Positions 25,887 through 37,722 of a stretch of DNA of 64,000 nt are shown one piece after another. The DNA is from Amphiscolops sp. MND2022 (Eukaryota). Location of the stretch: contig OZ076412.1 in assembly GCA_964187785.1 (NCBI GenBank), forward strand, positions 63,612,001 to 63,676,000. Reading direction: 5' to 3'. Numbering within the stretch: the first letter of the stretch is position 1; every line of letters starts with the position of its first letter. A program made the position numbers and the translations under genes. The notes beneath the pieces were generated by a model. It did no database searches and had not been told where the DNA came from. It was given only the letters and a program-made list of their open reading frames with translations.

Positions 25887-27047
25887 AATTTTCTTTTCCA
25901 AATTGAAAATTCCACCCAATTTTGTTATGTCTCAACGCGGAGTTAAGAAACTGGAACACGACGGATTTTACTACAATTACTACAGAGTCAACAAAAAAGG
26001 ACTGAATTCTTGGTGAAATGATGTGGCAGGATCCAAAAGTGTTGCAGTGACTGACTCAACTAGCGATGACGTTACTGTTAAAAGAAGTCACACTCATGCC
26101 GTAGTACCAAAAACAACGAAAAAGATGAAGTTATTTTCAACGTGCTCTTTTAAAATATTAGAAATTATTCAAAAACACTGAAAACAGAAAATTCCCACGT
26201 GTTTCTGTCAGGCGTTTGAGGGGTTTGTAAGAAAAATTAAATAAAACTTGTCGGGTCATTAGTTTTTACGGAACAACACCTCCTGATTGTTTCAGACGGG
26301 TTTGCCGTTAGCTTTTAGTCTGAGCATGCGTTTCAAATCAAAGATCAAGCACAATTTAGTTCAGAAACCCACGTGCATTTATACAGAAGTTAAGGGATGG
26401 GATGCGTCTTCCATTTTGCACAGCAATTTTGAGGAGGATTCAAGATGTTGGATTTGCCGACCTTTACAAGGAAAATGACGAGGTCAGAAAAGTAGTGAAA
26501 TGTTTGTTGGCTCTCTCTTAAATCCCATCCGAGGATCTTCATCTCGCTTTTTGTAAAAGTCTGGAAAAGTTACCCCCTGATACCACTTGATGCCGTTCCT
26601 CGTGTATTACGAGAACACCTGACTGGGAGCATCTGGAAGGTTGGGACGCCGAACCAAGCCTTTGTTTGATTTATCGTTTTGGAACCAATATGAGAAAGCC
26701 TTGACTGGATCTCAGAAGACGAATAACCCGTGGAAGGTTGGCACAGAGCATTCAAACATGGTATGTGATTCTCTTATCCTACATAGGGCAAATTTTTGTC
26801 GTTTGTAAGGAAAGAACAAGATGAGACAGAAGTGAAAATTGCTCGTAGACAAGCTGGAGAACAGCCACGCAAAGACGCAAAGTATGTTAAATCCAACGAA
26901 CGGCTCAAAACTATCTTAAGCAATTACCAGAACAACCGCATTCTCTCATTACTAGAAGGTCAAAGCGAACAATTTTGAGTTTTAAACTACTTTTGTTCTA
27001 ATTATTTACTTAATTGAATATTGTTTGAGTTGTGTTTCAATTCAACT

Positions 27048-27246
27048 TTGATATCAGTTGTCGCTTTTTCACAATTGATATGAGTTGTCGCTTGAAATGA
27101 GCTGTCGCTTTTTCGATTTGATATGAGTTGTCGCTTGATATGAGTTGTCGCTTGATATGAGCTGTCGCTTTTTCGATTTGATATGAGTTGTCGCTTGATA
27201 TGAGTTGTCGCTTGATTTGAGTTGTCGCTTGATATGAATTGTCGCT
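27048..27246. repeat. 17-bp subterminal tandem array of the MULE (tgatatgagttgtcgct)
   Basis: About 10 copies directly visible. Confidence 0.9.
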
Positions 27247-28408
27247 ATGCCGTGGTCAAGGACTGTAAATGAACTTTACTTGATTCTTACGTCCTTGAGA
27301 CCGGTACTACAATTAGCAAAAATTATCATCTGGCGATGATCGGTTCGTGAGATATACCTTCGTTCAGCTAGTTAGATTCGCTGAATAGAGACAGCTTCTT
27401 TCATAGTTTAAGTGGTAATTGAACATTTTAGATACCCCTCTTTTTACCACAACTATGGAATATAGCACACTCATTCCAAAGTAAATGATTTATTTATCAT
27501 TTTTGAAACTTGTCGAATTTTTCACTGTACATCGACAAGAACCCTCATATGCGATTTGTTAAAACGTTGAAGCATGTTTGAAGGGGAAGAACCGTTTTTT
27601 GTTATCAACTAGAAGAGTCTCGCGGCGATTGAATTACCCAGGGAAGAAATTTCCTGTCGAGAGGAAACTGTATGTCTTTTCCGTCATAATCAGGCTAAAT
27701 GACCAAGAAATGTTATGTGTGGAGCGATTTAGGATTCATTCATTTAAAAAGTGATCAACAAGAAGAACGTTCATGATTTTTATTCAGCAATTTCAAGCCA
27801 TCTATGTGGATTAACCATGAAATCGCGCAGTCAGACGTTTGTATTAAACTCAACCTGTGATAAACTCAATCTTCCAAAGAGGAGAAGAATAAAATTGACA
27901 TCAAGTCAGAGGTAAGGTGTTTACCATGTAAAAGCGCCCAAAATACACAGTCAAAAGCGCTCCAATCAAAAGCTACAATGGAATTTACAGACTCTTTCCG
28001 ACCACTAACTTTAAATTCTTCATTCTAAATAGGCAATTATCAGTTTTTCGTTTTAAAATAATGAATTGACAAATTGGTCAAAATGCTTGTATGGGAAATT
28101 AATATATTTTGGATATTAATCAGAAATTCCAATATTGGCCATTCAGGTCGTTTTCAACTGGGATTTGGTAGGTGTGTAAGTGTCAACTCTGGCATTGTCC
28201 GTGAATTATTTTTTTCTTTGATTTGTTCAATCAGCTCAAAGATTATCCAGGCGCTATGTATTGGGGTGCTTATGACTGTATAAAATGGGAGCTTTCGTCT
28301 GTACACGAAGTAAGGTATACGTCGAAAACTGAAATATTGGGCTTATAGAAATTAAAATTCATAGCACCGATTACATTTAGCCATTGATTGTAGAGTTCAC
28401 TAGAGAAT

Positions 28409-28896
28409 TTGTCCAACGTGCAGTTCGAAGCTGTTTTTAGATTGTCCGAACAATCAGTTGTGGAAAAACTTGTGAGAAAGACTAGAATGCTGAGAAGACA
28501 AAATTCTATCGACAGTTGCGGTGGACGAAACACACATGGCACTTCACTTGATGAGAGACACACATTTCATGCCTCTTTGAAACCTCCCACCACGTAAGTT
28601 TACATTTTCAAAATTGTGTTTAGTGCAAGCAAAATCAACGTTAATACAACAAAAACAATTCTTAATGTACTAATTGCTAAATGGCAAAAGCTTCTCATTC
28701 ATATGATTGCAATGCACGGCAATTTTTTCTCGACAATGTTAATGCTTTTAGCGACATCTTGGCATCGCCTCGGAAGAACAGAACATTGCAATGGTTGAAA
28801 CGTTCTCAAACTAAAAGTGAAAGCACTGCTGAAAATGAACCACCATCAGAAGCAACTACACCAAAATCACCACCACCAGCAACAACCACAACAACA
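28409..28896 (+). CDS. Probable host gene exons (low-complexity Ser/Thr/Pro-rich region), product unknown
   Basis: Exon ending ..CCC ACC AC|gtaagt (28593) joins ttttag|C GAC ATC (28752) in phase 2: ..RRQNSIDS..LKPPTT-DILASPRKNRTLQWLKRSQ..PPPATTTTT. The 5' boundary is uncertain. Confidence 0.55.
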
Positions 28897-29254
28897 GTTA
28901 GCTTCATTTGTTTTTTTTTTCAATTTACCCACTATTTCATGGAAGGAATATTACACACCGAAAAGCAATCGACGGTAAGTTCAAGGTTTACTGATACCAA
29001 ATACAAGGTGTTGAAATCACATAAATTCGTGTTTTTTTTGAAAATCATTATCGCCCATCGCAAGCAGTGATGCTCTTTCGTTTCACCGATTTACTTGGGT
29101 ACTAGGTTGACACAAAGTGCAGTAAACGTAGAAAATATCACTTTTTTGCCAATGTTTGTCAACAAGTCACAAAAGTTGTTGTCAAAGTATGAAACCTGGC
29201 TTGTCCATCAGGAAAATTTAGAACCTTGAACACTTTCAATTGCATTTGGAACTT

Positions 29255-29508
29255 GAAAAAACAAGTTCCGTTCAAATCTGTTTTTTTTTTCATGAAGAAT
29301 GGACAATTTGTCAAATGTTGTCATGCCGTTTAAGGAACTGGTGACCTGTATAGATAACCTAGTATAAAGTGGCAATCAACATATAAAGCGACTACCACTT
29401 TTTACGGTCATGTAGTAAGGTGACAGTTCCTTGAACAGTATGATACCATGTGACAAATTGTCTATCTTTCATGAAAAGAATCAGCTTCGAACGGAACTTG
29501 TTTTTCTA
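29255..29508. mobile_element. MITE-like element with ~90-bp imperfect TIRs
   Basis: gaaaaaacaagttccgttc..catgaa..gacaatttgtca..aaggaactg at 29255-29345 is inverted at 29420-29508. Confidence 0.7.
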
Positions 29509-29601
29509 AAGGTATAGTTCATTAGACGTGGCTTAACTTGGGCTTTTGTTGCTGTTTCTTGACATAATGGTTCCTTTTTAGTGTTCTCAACACCGGAATT
29601 T

Positions 29602-29673
29602 CAACGTCTGTCTCATTGAAATAGTAATTGAAGTACATGTACTTCAATTACTATTTCAACGAGACAGTCGTTG
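29602..29673. repeat. 72-bp near-perfect palindrome
   Basis: Centre gaagtaca|tgtacttc at 29637/29638; two mismatches. Confidence 0.9.
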
Positions 29674-30525
29674 CTGCAGCTCACAAAAAATAGCTCACAA
29701 AAAATAACGAGAGAAACTCAAGTTAAACTAATTTTTCAAACTTCAATATTAGATACATTAATGAACATTGGACCAAATCGACGACAAATTGGTAATTGAA
29801 AAGAAACTTGAACCAAGGCCAAAAATGTTAGAGAGAAGCAATTTGGTTTCTCAAAATGAATAAAACATGCATATTCAAGGCACAAAACAACAGAAAGGTA
29901 ACCTAAAAATAGATTTTTCAGCGTCAGTCCTAAATGCAGCGGTGAACACGGCGATTAAGTTTTGAAATTTACCATTTTTTTTCGGATCTCAAAAATAGAA
30001 AGATCGTATTAAGAAAAGAAGAAATTAATTCCGATTTCATTTCCTATGAAGTGACTTCTAATTCTTGCCTCAGTTGGCCAAATAGCAGAGAGAGCAATTG
30101 AACTCATTTGCAATCTCCTGAATTATCCTCACAATTATTAAACTTCTCAGCAAGAGTCTTTGGAAAACCTTTCAATAATGTTACACATGAATCGTTCCAA
30201 GAATATTTTTCCTCCACTAAGTAGATTTAAGACTATGTATATACTTTCATTTCACTTCGACAACTATACGATTTCAACTAAGCCTTCGTTATTTATTTAC
30301 AATATCGAAACGCCCGGGGGAAATCATGTATTCATCTTTCGCAATAAATTTTCTTTCTCTGAGTTATCCATACTTCCGCCATCTTTACATGAATCTGTTA
30401 TCTAAAGATAAACAATTGCATCTATTCTCCTTTTGTTCTTTCGTTTTTTTTCGCCCTTTTTGTCGTCAGAATGTACCTTTTCCAATCATTCTTTGTCTTT
30501 TCTTCTCACAATATTTTCGCCTCAG

Positions 30526-31089
30526 GTAGTGAAAGAAATGCCGGCGGAACTACAAATGAAGTAAATTTCATGGTCTGTCTCGCTAACATTGTTTGCCGCT
30601 TTTCTGTCTCATACATTAACTCTCAGATTTTACCATTCCTTTATTGTGTCAATGGCGTCTTCTTTTCAGACCATCTCCTGCGCTAATGTTTTACCACCGA
30701 GTCACAGAAAACCGCATTTGAAGTTAGTTGTGCCTAACGGGAAAATCATCTCGTTTGCTTTGGAGCCGAAAACCAAACTAAGGCAAGTTTCCAAATTCCT
30801 TGTTTCTAAATCTAGATTCTTTTATTGATACTACTTGTTTTACCGCAGATACGGAAGTGTAGAAGCTGTTTTCATTGTCGCTAAGTTGATTATTTTCGTA
30901 GCGAAGTGACTTAAACTGCTTGGTTTTATTACAGACATATCATTGCGTCAATTCCACGAGAGGACGCCGTTTCTCCGGAGCAACTATCTTTGGCAAAATT
31001 GCGTAATCGCTTCGGGCACCTTATAGAAGACATGGACCAGAAAGCCATGGATTACGTTTATCAAACTCTTACCCTCCACACAGTCAACA
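30526..31089 (+). CDS. Four phase-compatible host gene exons (30526-30560, 30670-30782, 30849-30884, 30935-31089), product unknown
   Basis: The spliced frame is open: SERNAGGTTNE-TISCANVLPPSHRKPHLKLVVPNGKIISFALEPKTKLR-YGSVEAVFIVAK-HIIASIPREDAVSPEQLSLAKLRNRFGHLIEDMDQKAMDYVYQTLTLHTVN. One donor is GC (gcaagt, 30783) and one is weak (gttgat, 30885). Confidence 0.65.
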
Positions 31090-32099
31090 GTGAGTCATCA
31101 AAACGTCCTTAATTGCATTCAATTCTATAGTTTATCCCAAAATAAGTTTTTTTTGAAAATCTGAAAAAGCTATAAATGGCCTTATTGCTAATATGTTTTG
31201 ATAATGGATTTCATTTCAATTATAGATTAATCACAAGTTTTATTTTTCGGGTAAATTGCGATGAATGACGAAAAATTTTCATGATAAATGGGTAGGTTAT
31301 GAAAATCTTTTTTTTTCGTGAAAGGAAAACAGCCTGAATTACGAGAAAAATTTTGCAGTAATGCACACATGTTTATAAATTTGTCGATTTGTTGATTTGT
31401 CAATTTGTCAATTTGTCAACTATCGGCGAGAAAAATCTTCCTCTTTTTTGGACAAAATACTTTTACAGAGTTCTGAAAAAATGATATTTTCTCTGTTTCA
31501 ATCCAAAAGAGCCAAAACTAAGCATAGATGGGTAAAAATGGTTCCACTATCTGTGAAGTTTCACTGCAAGCAATAAAAGCATACTTTGATTTTGATTTTG
31601 TTTAAAGTTTTCCATCTTATATTTTGCTCTTCTCAACTTTTAAAACGTTGAGGCTGTTGAAGTGACCATTTATACAATTCATAGCTTCGGGTACCGCATG
31701 TATGCTTCAGTACGTTTTAATGTTTCAGAATCATGGGCTTTCTTTCTAAAATTACGTTAGAGTATAGTTCGAACACGGTGTTTTTCGAAACATTCATTCT
31801 ATTTTGGTTTGAAATTTTCCCCTGAGAGTCACTTTTTGGTTATGTATCAACAGTATGAGGAGGTTGATCAGCGTCAAGACCATCTTGGAAAGAAGAAAGG
31901 CTGAGAGTGTAACGCTTCATTTACTTTTTGAACAGAACCTTTTTATTCGGCGTTTTCGAAGAAAAAACACGACTCTTGCAGTGGCTAGTTTTTTTTCGTC
32001 AGTTCAACGTTGAACCCCTCAACGCGATCGGTCCACGTACGCGATCGGTCCACTTTTTCATTCATTTGTTCAACTTCTTAGCCGAGAGGTCAACCTCGG

Positions 32100-34790
32100 A
32101 TTTAACGTTTCGAAGTTCAGATATAACGTTTTCAGAGTTCGGATGTAACGTTTTCAAAGTTAGGATGCAACTTTTTCAAAATTCGGATATAACGTTTTCA
32201 AAGTTCGAATTTAAAGTTTTCAAAAATCGGATGTAACGTTTTCAAAGTTCGGATGTAACGTTTTCAAAATTCGGATGTAACGTTCTCAAAGTTCGGAGTT
32301 AATGTTTTCGAAGTTCGGATATAACGTTTCAAAGTCCGGATAAAACGTTCCGAAGTTCGGATGTAACGTTTTAAACGTTCGGGTGTAACGTTTTCAAGTT
32401 CGGGTGTAACGTTTTCAAAGTTCGGATGTGACGTTTTCAAAGTTCAGATGTAACGTTTTCAAAGTTCGCATGTAACGTTTTCAAAGTTCGGATATAACGT
32501 TTTCAAAGTTCGGAGTTAATGTTTTCGAAGTTCGGATATAACGTTTCAAAGTTCGGATAAAACGTTCCGAAGTTCGGATGTAACGTTTTCAAAGTTCGGA
32601 TGTAACGTTTTCAAAGTTCGGAGTTAATGTTTTCGAAGTTCGGATATAACGTTTCAAAGTTCGGATAAAACGTTCCGAAGTTCGGATGTAACGTTTTGAA
32701 CGTTCGGGTGTAACGTTTTCAAGTTCGGGTGTAACGTTTTCAAAGTTCGGATGTGACGTTTTCAAAGCTCAGATGTAACGTTTTCAAAGTTCGCATGTAA
32801 CGTTTTCAAAGTTCGGATATAACGTTTTCAAAGTTCGGAGTTAATGTTTTCGAAGTTCGGATATAACGTTTCAAAGTTCGGATAAAACGTTCCGAAGTTC
32901 GGATGTAACGTTTTGAACGTTCGGGTGTAACGTTTTCAAGTTCGGGTGTAACGTTTTCAAAGTTCGGATGTGACGTTTTCAAAGTTCGAATTTAAAGTTT
33001 TAAAAATTCGGATATAACGTTCTCAAAGTTCGGATGTAACGTTTTCAAAAATCGGATGTAACGTTTTCAAAGTTCGGATGTAACGTTTTCAAAGTTCGGA
33101 TGTAACGTTTTCAAAGTTCGGAGTTAATGTTTTCGAAGTTCGGATATAACGTTTCAAAGTTCGGATAAAACGTTCCGAAGTTCGGATGTAACGTTTTGAA
33201 CGTTCGGGTGTAACGTTTTCAAGTTCGGGTGTAACGTTTTCAAAGTTCGGATGTGACGTTGTCAAAGTTCAGATGTAACGTTTTCAAAGTTCGCATGTAA
33301 CGTTTTCAAAGTTCGGATATAACGTTTTCAAAGTTCGGAGTTAATGTTTTCGAAGTTCGGATATAACGTTTCAAAGTTCGGATAAAACGTTCCGAAGTTC
33401 GGATGTAACGTTTTCAAAGTTCGGATGTAACGTTTTCAAAGTTCGGAGTTAATGTTTTCGAAGTTCGGATATAACGTTTCAAAGTTCGGATAAAACGTTC
33501 CGAAGTTCGGATGTAACGTTTTGAACGTTCGGGTGTAACGTTTTCAAGTTCGGGTGTAACGTTTTCAAAGTTCGGATGTGACGTTTTCAAAGCTCAGATG
33601 TAACGTTTTCAAAGTTCGCATGTAACGTTTTCAAAGTTCGGATATAACGTTTTCAAAGTTCGGAGTTAATGTTTTCGAAGTTCGGATATAACGTTTCAAA
33701 GTTCGGATAAAACGTTCCGAAGTTCGGATGGAACGTTTTGAACGTTCGGGTGTAACGTTTTCAAGTTCGGGTGTAACGTTTTCAAAGTTCGGATGTGACG
33801 TTTTCAAAGTTCGAATTTAAAGTTTTCAAAATTCGGATATAACGTTCTCAAAGTTCGGATGTAACGTTTTCAAAAATCCGATGTAACGTTTTCAAAGTTC
33901 GGATGTAACGTTTTCAAAGTTCGGATGTAACGTTTTCAAAGTTCGGAGTTAATGTTTTCGAAGTTCGGATATAACGTTTCAAAGTTCGGATAAAACGTTC
34001 CGAAGTTCGGATGTAACGTTTTGAACGTTCGGGTGTAACGTTTTCCAGTTCGGGTGTAACGTTTTCAAAGTTCGGATGTGACGTTGTCAAAGTTCAGATG
34101 TAACGTTTTCAAAGTTCGCATGTAACGTTTTCAAAGTTCGGATATAACGTTTTCAAAGTTCGGAGTTAATGTTTTCGAAGTTCGGATATAACGCTTCAAA
34201 GTTCGGATAAAACGTTCCGAAGTTCGGATGTAACGTTTTCAAAGTTCGGATGTAACGTTTTCAAAGTTCGGAGTTAATGTTTTCGAAGTTCGGATATAAC
34301 GTTTCAAAGTTCGGATAAAACGTTCCGAAGTTCGGATGTAACGTTTTGAACGTTCGGGTGTAACGTTTTCAAGTTCGGGTGTAACGTTTTCAAAGTTCGG
34401 ATGTAACGTTTTCAAAGTTCGCATGTAACGTTTTCAAAGTTCGGATATAACGTTTTCAAAGTTCGGAGTTAATGTTTTCGAAGTTCGGATATAACGTTTC
34501 AAAGTTCGGATAAAACGTTCCGAAGTTCGGATGTAACGTTTTGAACGTTCGGGTGTAACGTTTTCAAGTTCGGGTGTAACGTTTTCAAAGTTCGGATGTG
34601 ACGTTTTCAAAGTTCGGATGTAACGTTTTCAAAGTTCAGATGTAACGTTTTCAAATTTCGGATATAACGTTTTCAAAGTTCTGATATAACGTTTTCAAAG
34701 TTTCGATGTAACGTTTTCAAAGTTCGGATATAACGTTTCAAAGTTCGGATAAAACGTTCCGAAGTTCGGAAGTGACGTTTTCAACGTTCA
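32100..34790. repeat. 22-bp satellite (gttcggatgtaacgttttcaaa) with ~108/217-bp and ~825-bp higher-order repeats
   Basis: The variant ggagttaatgttttcg recurs with spacings 216,108,217,283 repeated. gtgacgttgtcaaa occurs at ~33253 and ~34078 (825 apart). Confidence 0.95.
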
Positions 34791-35599
34791 GGGGTAACAT
34801 TTTCTTTTTTCGGATGGTAGAAAACCACCTTTCATTTTTTTGGCATAATGAGACTTTTTTCGAAATGCTGTTAATGTCTTCAAAGGGTCACCTTTCAATT
34901 TTTTGGATTTTTTGCAACTGAACGGATGTTTGAAAATCCGAAAGGGCTTGCCACTTCGGTCGAATTTTTGAGTTTTTTGGGTACTGTAGAAGAGAAGCTT
35001 GACATTTTGAAGTACTTTCACTTTTGAGCCTTGAGTACTTTATTTTTGAGCCTTAGATGTGGCGCCGACTTGGTCTGCTCCTGGCTTGTTCACTTTTTCC
35101 GTTCACTTTTCATATTTTCTTGTTCACTATTTGGTTTCTGTTTTGTGATGTTGTGCTCTCTTACGTAACCCCTTTGGCGAATGTCCCCAGCAAGGTCATT
35201 TCCCGAGCAAGCTACGCGAAGCGCCTCAAACAATCTGTATAAAAGGAACATCTAACTAACATTCTTTAGTGACCCAGCCGAAACGCTCATCCAGTGTGTT
35301 CTCAGTGTGACCATCATGGCTCAATCTTGGATTTTCATCCCAGATCGGCAATTTTTATGGCATTGCATTCGAATCATGGCTAATCATCCATGGTAAATTT
35401 CATTACATTCGAGTCATAACTATTCATCCATGATCATGGCTCTGAACAGAACCCATGATTCACCCATGAAGTTCCATGGCAGAAAACTACATGTTTTAAT
35501 ACCCATGGAAGCTTTTAGCAAGATTGAGATAATTTATGCAACGCAGCTAAAACCAATCAAGAGCGTTCAAATGGAACGAATTTTGTTCTGTTCACAAAA

Positions 35600-35876
35600 A
35601 TGTCTACTGCAAAAAAAGAGAAAACCCTTTTGACAAATTAGAAGGCAATTCCGTGGAAGTACTACTAGTAGGCCCTAGTAGGCCTCCAGAACAGAATACA
35701 ACATTTTGTTCGAGCCCTAATAAATCAATATTTGATACTACGAATTCCGAACATGTTCTACGGAGTTTGTTTTTGTTCGAAGAGCTATTTAGTATCATTG
35801 GCAAGTTTCAGAAAAGACGTAAGGAATTTCTAAAACAGTAAAAAACGTCTTGCAACAATTTCTGCTTAAAACTACT
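35600..35876 (+). pseudogene. Possible piggyBac transposase remnant, 5' part (insertion target of element 2)
   Basis: VLLVGPSRP..SPNKSIF..LFLFEELFSII resembles the piggyBac N-terminal GP..F.LF segment; the match is weak. Confidence 0.3.
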
Positions 35877-37722
35877 TGTCGCCGGCTTACCCGTGCGAGA
35901 TGTCCGGGGTGCAACATCGATGAAGCAGTCAACGCTGCTTACCCATCATGATGGCTGTCTACTGGACAAGGACTTGATAAACATTTCAAACTTTAAACTT
36001 AAACAATGTTTGTTATTGTTCGTTTGATAAAATGTTGCTTTTAGTTGTACATTTCATCTAAAATGATGATTGTTGAACGTCGTTATTGTTGTTATTGTTT
36101 CACCCATAGGGTGGGTTGATCAATTGAAAAAACAACTGGAAAGGTTACGTCAAAGTTATCAAAACAGTGCTAAATCTTTGTTTTATCATCTTAAATGGTA
36201 GAAAGGAATTAGATCCAATGGTCTTATATATCTTTGCTACACTTAATTATTTGTAGTTCAATCACGAGGAAAACAATCAAAAACAGTATGATGATTCATT
36301 TAAAAATCAGCATAACACTTTCGTACGTTTATTTGATACTGATTATGCGGCATTATGCGGTTTTCATAAAACAGCATATGCGGTTTTGTTAAAGAAACAG
36401 CATAATGATCTTGTACGCAGTATAGTTTATACTTTGTATTGCATTTTGCAGAAATCCAGTAGAAACAGCATGATGACTCGAGTTAAAAACAGCATATGCG
36501 GAAATTCAGTAGAAACAGCATGATGACTTGAGCTAAAAACAGCATATGCGGAAATCTAGCAGAAACAGCATGATGGTTCAGATTGGGAACAGCATATGCG
36601 GAAACCCTGTGGAAACAGTATGACGTTTCAATATAGGAACAGCATATGCGGAAATTTGACAGAAACAGTATGACGTTTTAACTTAAAAACAGTATAAAGA
36701 ACCTTATTTCAGCTGATAAAATTATACTGAATTATGAGGTTTTCATGAGACAGCATATACTGCATTATGATGTAAAACAGCATAATTTGCAAGATTTCCA
36801 GTGCTACGATGTTGTAAGTCACTCTGCTATATTTAGACCTTCCAGGAGTCTGACGCAATATTATATTTTTAACATTTGACCCTAGAAACATGACGTTATG
36901 GTGATTTGCATAAAATTGAAAGTCATGTAACTAAAAATACCATCCAATGGAACCAGTTGAAGAGGGATCATCAAAAAACCACTTTTCTAACGAACATTCG
37001 AAAAATATCAGACACTCAGAGCAGTCACTCATTTTCACAAACAACTCATAACCCACAAACTTTGCAGTTTCCTTCCCCTGTAAAATAACTTCCACATTTT
37101 CATTTCACCAAAATATCTTTGTAATTCAAAGATTTTCGCACCTAACATCCTTTTAATCATGGGAAACAAGAGAAATAGACGATCAAGGAGAGTAGAGTCC
37201 CAATCGTCAGACAGAGACGAAAATACTTCAGAAACAAGCTTCACTCAAGGTAATGCGACTTTAGTTGGTGTTTCTGAAATTGTTAATAGTTTTCGTGACA
37301 GGAACTTAGGCAGTGAACTAACGGAACCTTCTCAGATAAGCAATGAGATAGAAGTTATTTCGCAAAGACTAACAGAACAGAATAACGACGAATAAAGATG
37401 TCACAGATTGAAGAACAACTAAATAACAAATTCGAAGAGATACTTAAGGAGATTAGAACAAACAAAAACCACATTGCAATAACTGATGAAGAGGATGCCG
37501 AGAATAATCAGCCCGGTCCTTCTAACTCTAGAAGTAAGGGTCTCAGGAACAAACACGCATCAGGTACAACATCAGATAAAAATAAGAATCAGGATGATCG
37601 GTTCTATCCGTCTGAAATGTGTGAATTAAGACAACCGTACACTCCACTTGGGATTGTTGAAGACACCTTAGACAAAACCATTATCATAAATGAAAACAGA
37701 CAGGAAAGGGCCGATCATCACA
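35877..37722 (+). repeat. 5' LTR of element 2 (1846 bp)
   Basis: TGTCGCCGGC...GATCATCACA; matches 51155-52992 with a few percent differences. Confidence 0.97.
36335..36700. repeat. 50-bp-period motif array in the LTR (AACAGCATATGCGGAAA-N8-GAAACAG[C/T]ATGA-N~12); copy at 51615-51970
   Basis: agcatatgcg occurs at 36491, 36541, 36591 and 36641, with conserved boxes separated by variable linkers. Confidence 0.9.

Larger units (their letters stand above)
25619..27251 (+). mobile_element. Mutator/MULE DNA transposon remnant
   Basis: FLYWCH-like KKLEHDGFYYNYYRVNKKGLNSW (~25945) and C-terminal MULE motif LFDLSFWNQYEKALTGSQKTNNPVEGWHRAF..KEQDETEVKIARRQAGEQPRK..YVKSNERL. The imperfect ends catagc(a)gacaa / ttgtcgctatgcc are TIR-like. 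Confidence 0.8.

Noticed and set aside
25640-25959. ORFs made mostly of X
   Set aside because: Artefacts of the 200-N gap.
36455-36700. CRISPR-like repeat-spacer pattern in the LTR
   Set aside because: The variable segments are only 8-12 nt, are duplicated with the LTR, and have no cas context; better explained as a binding-site array.
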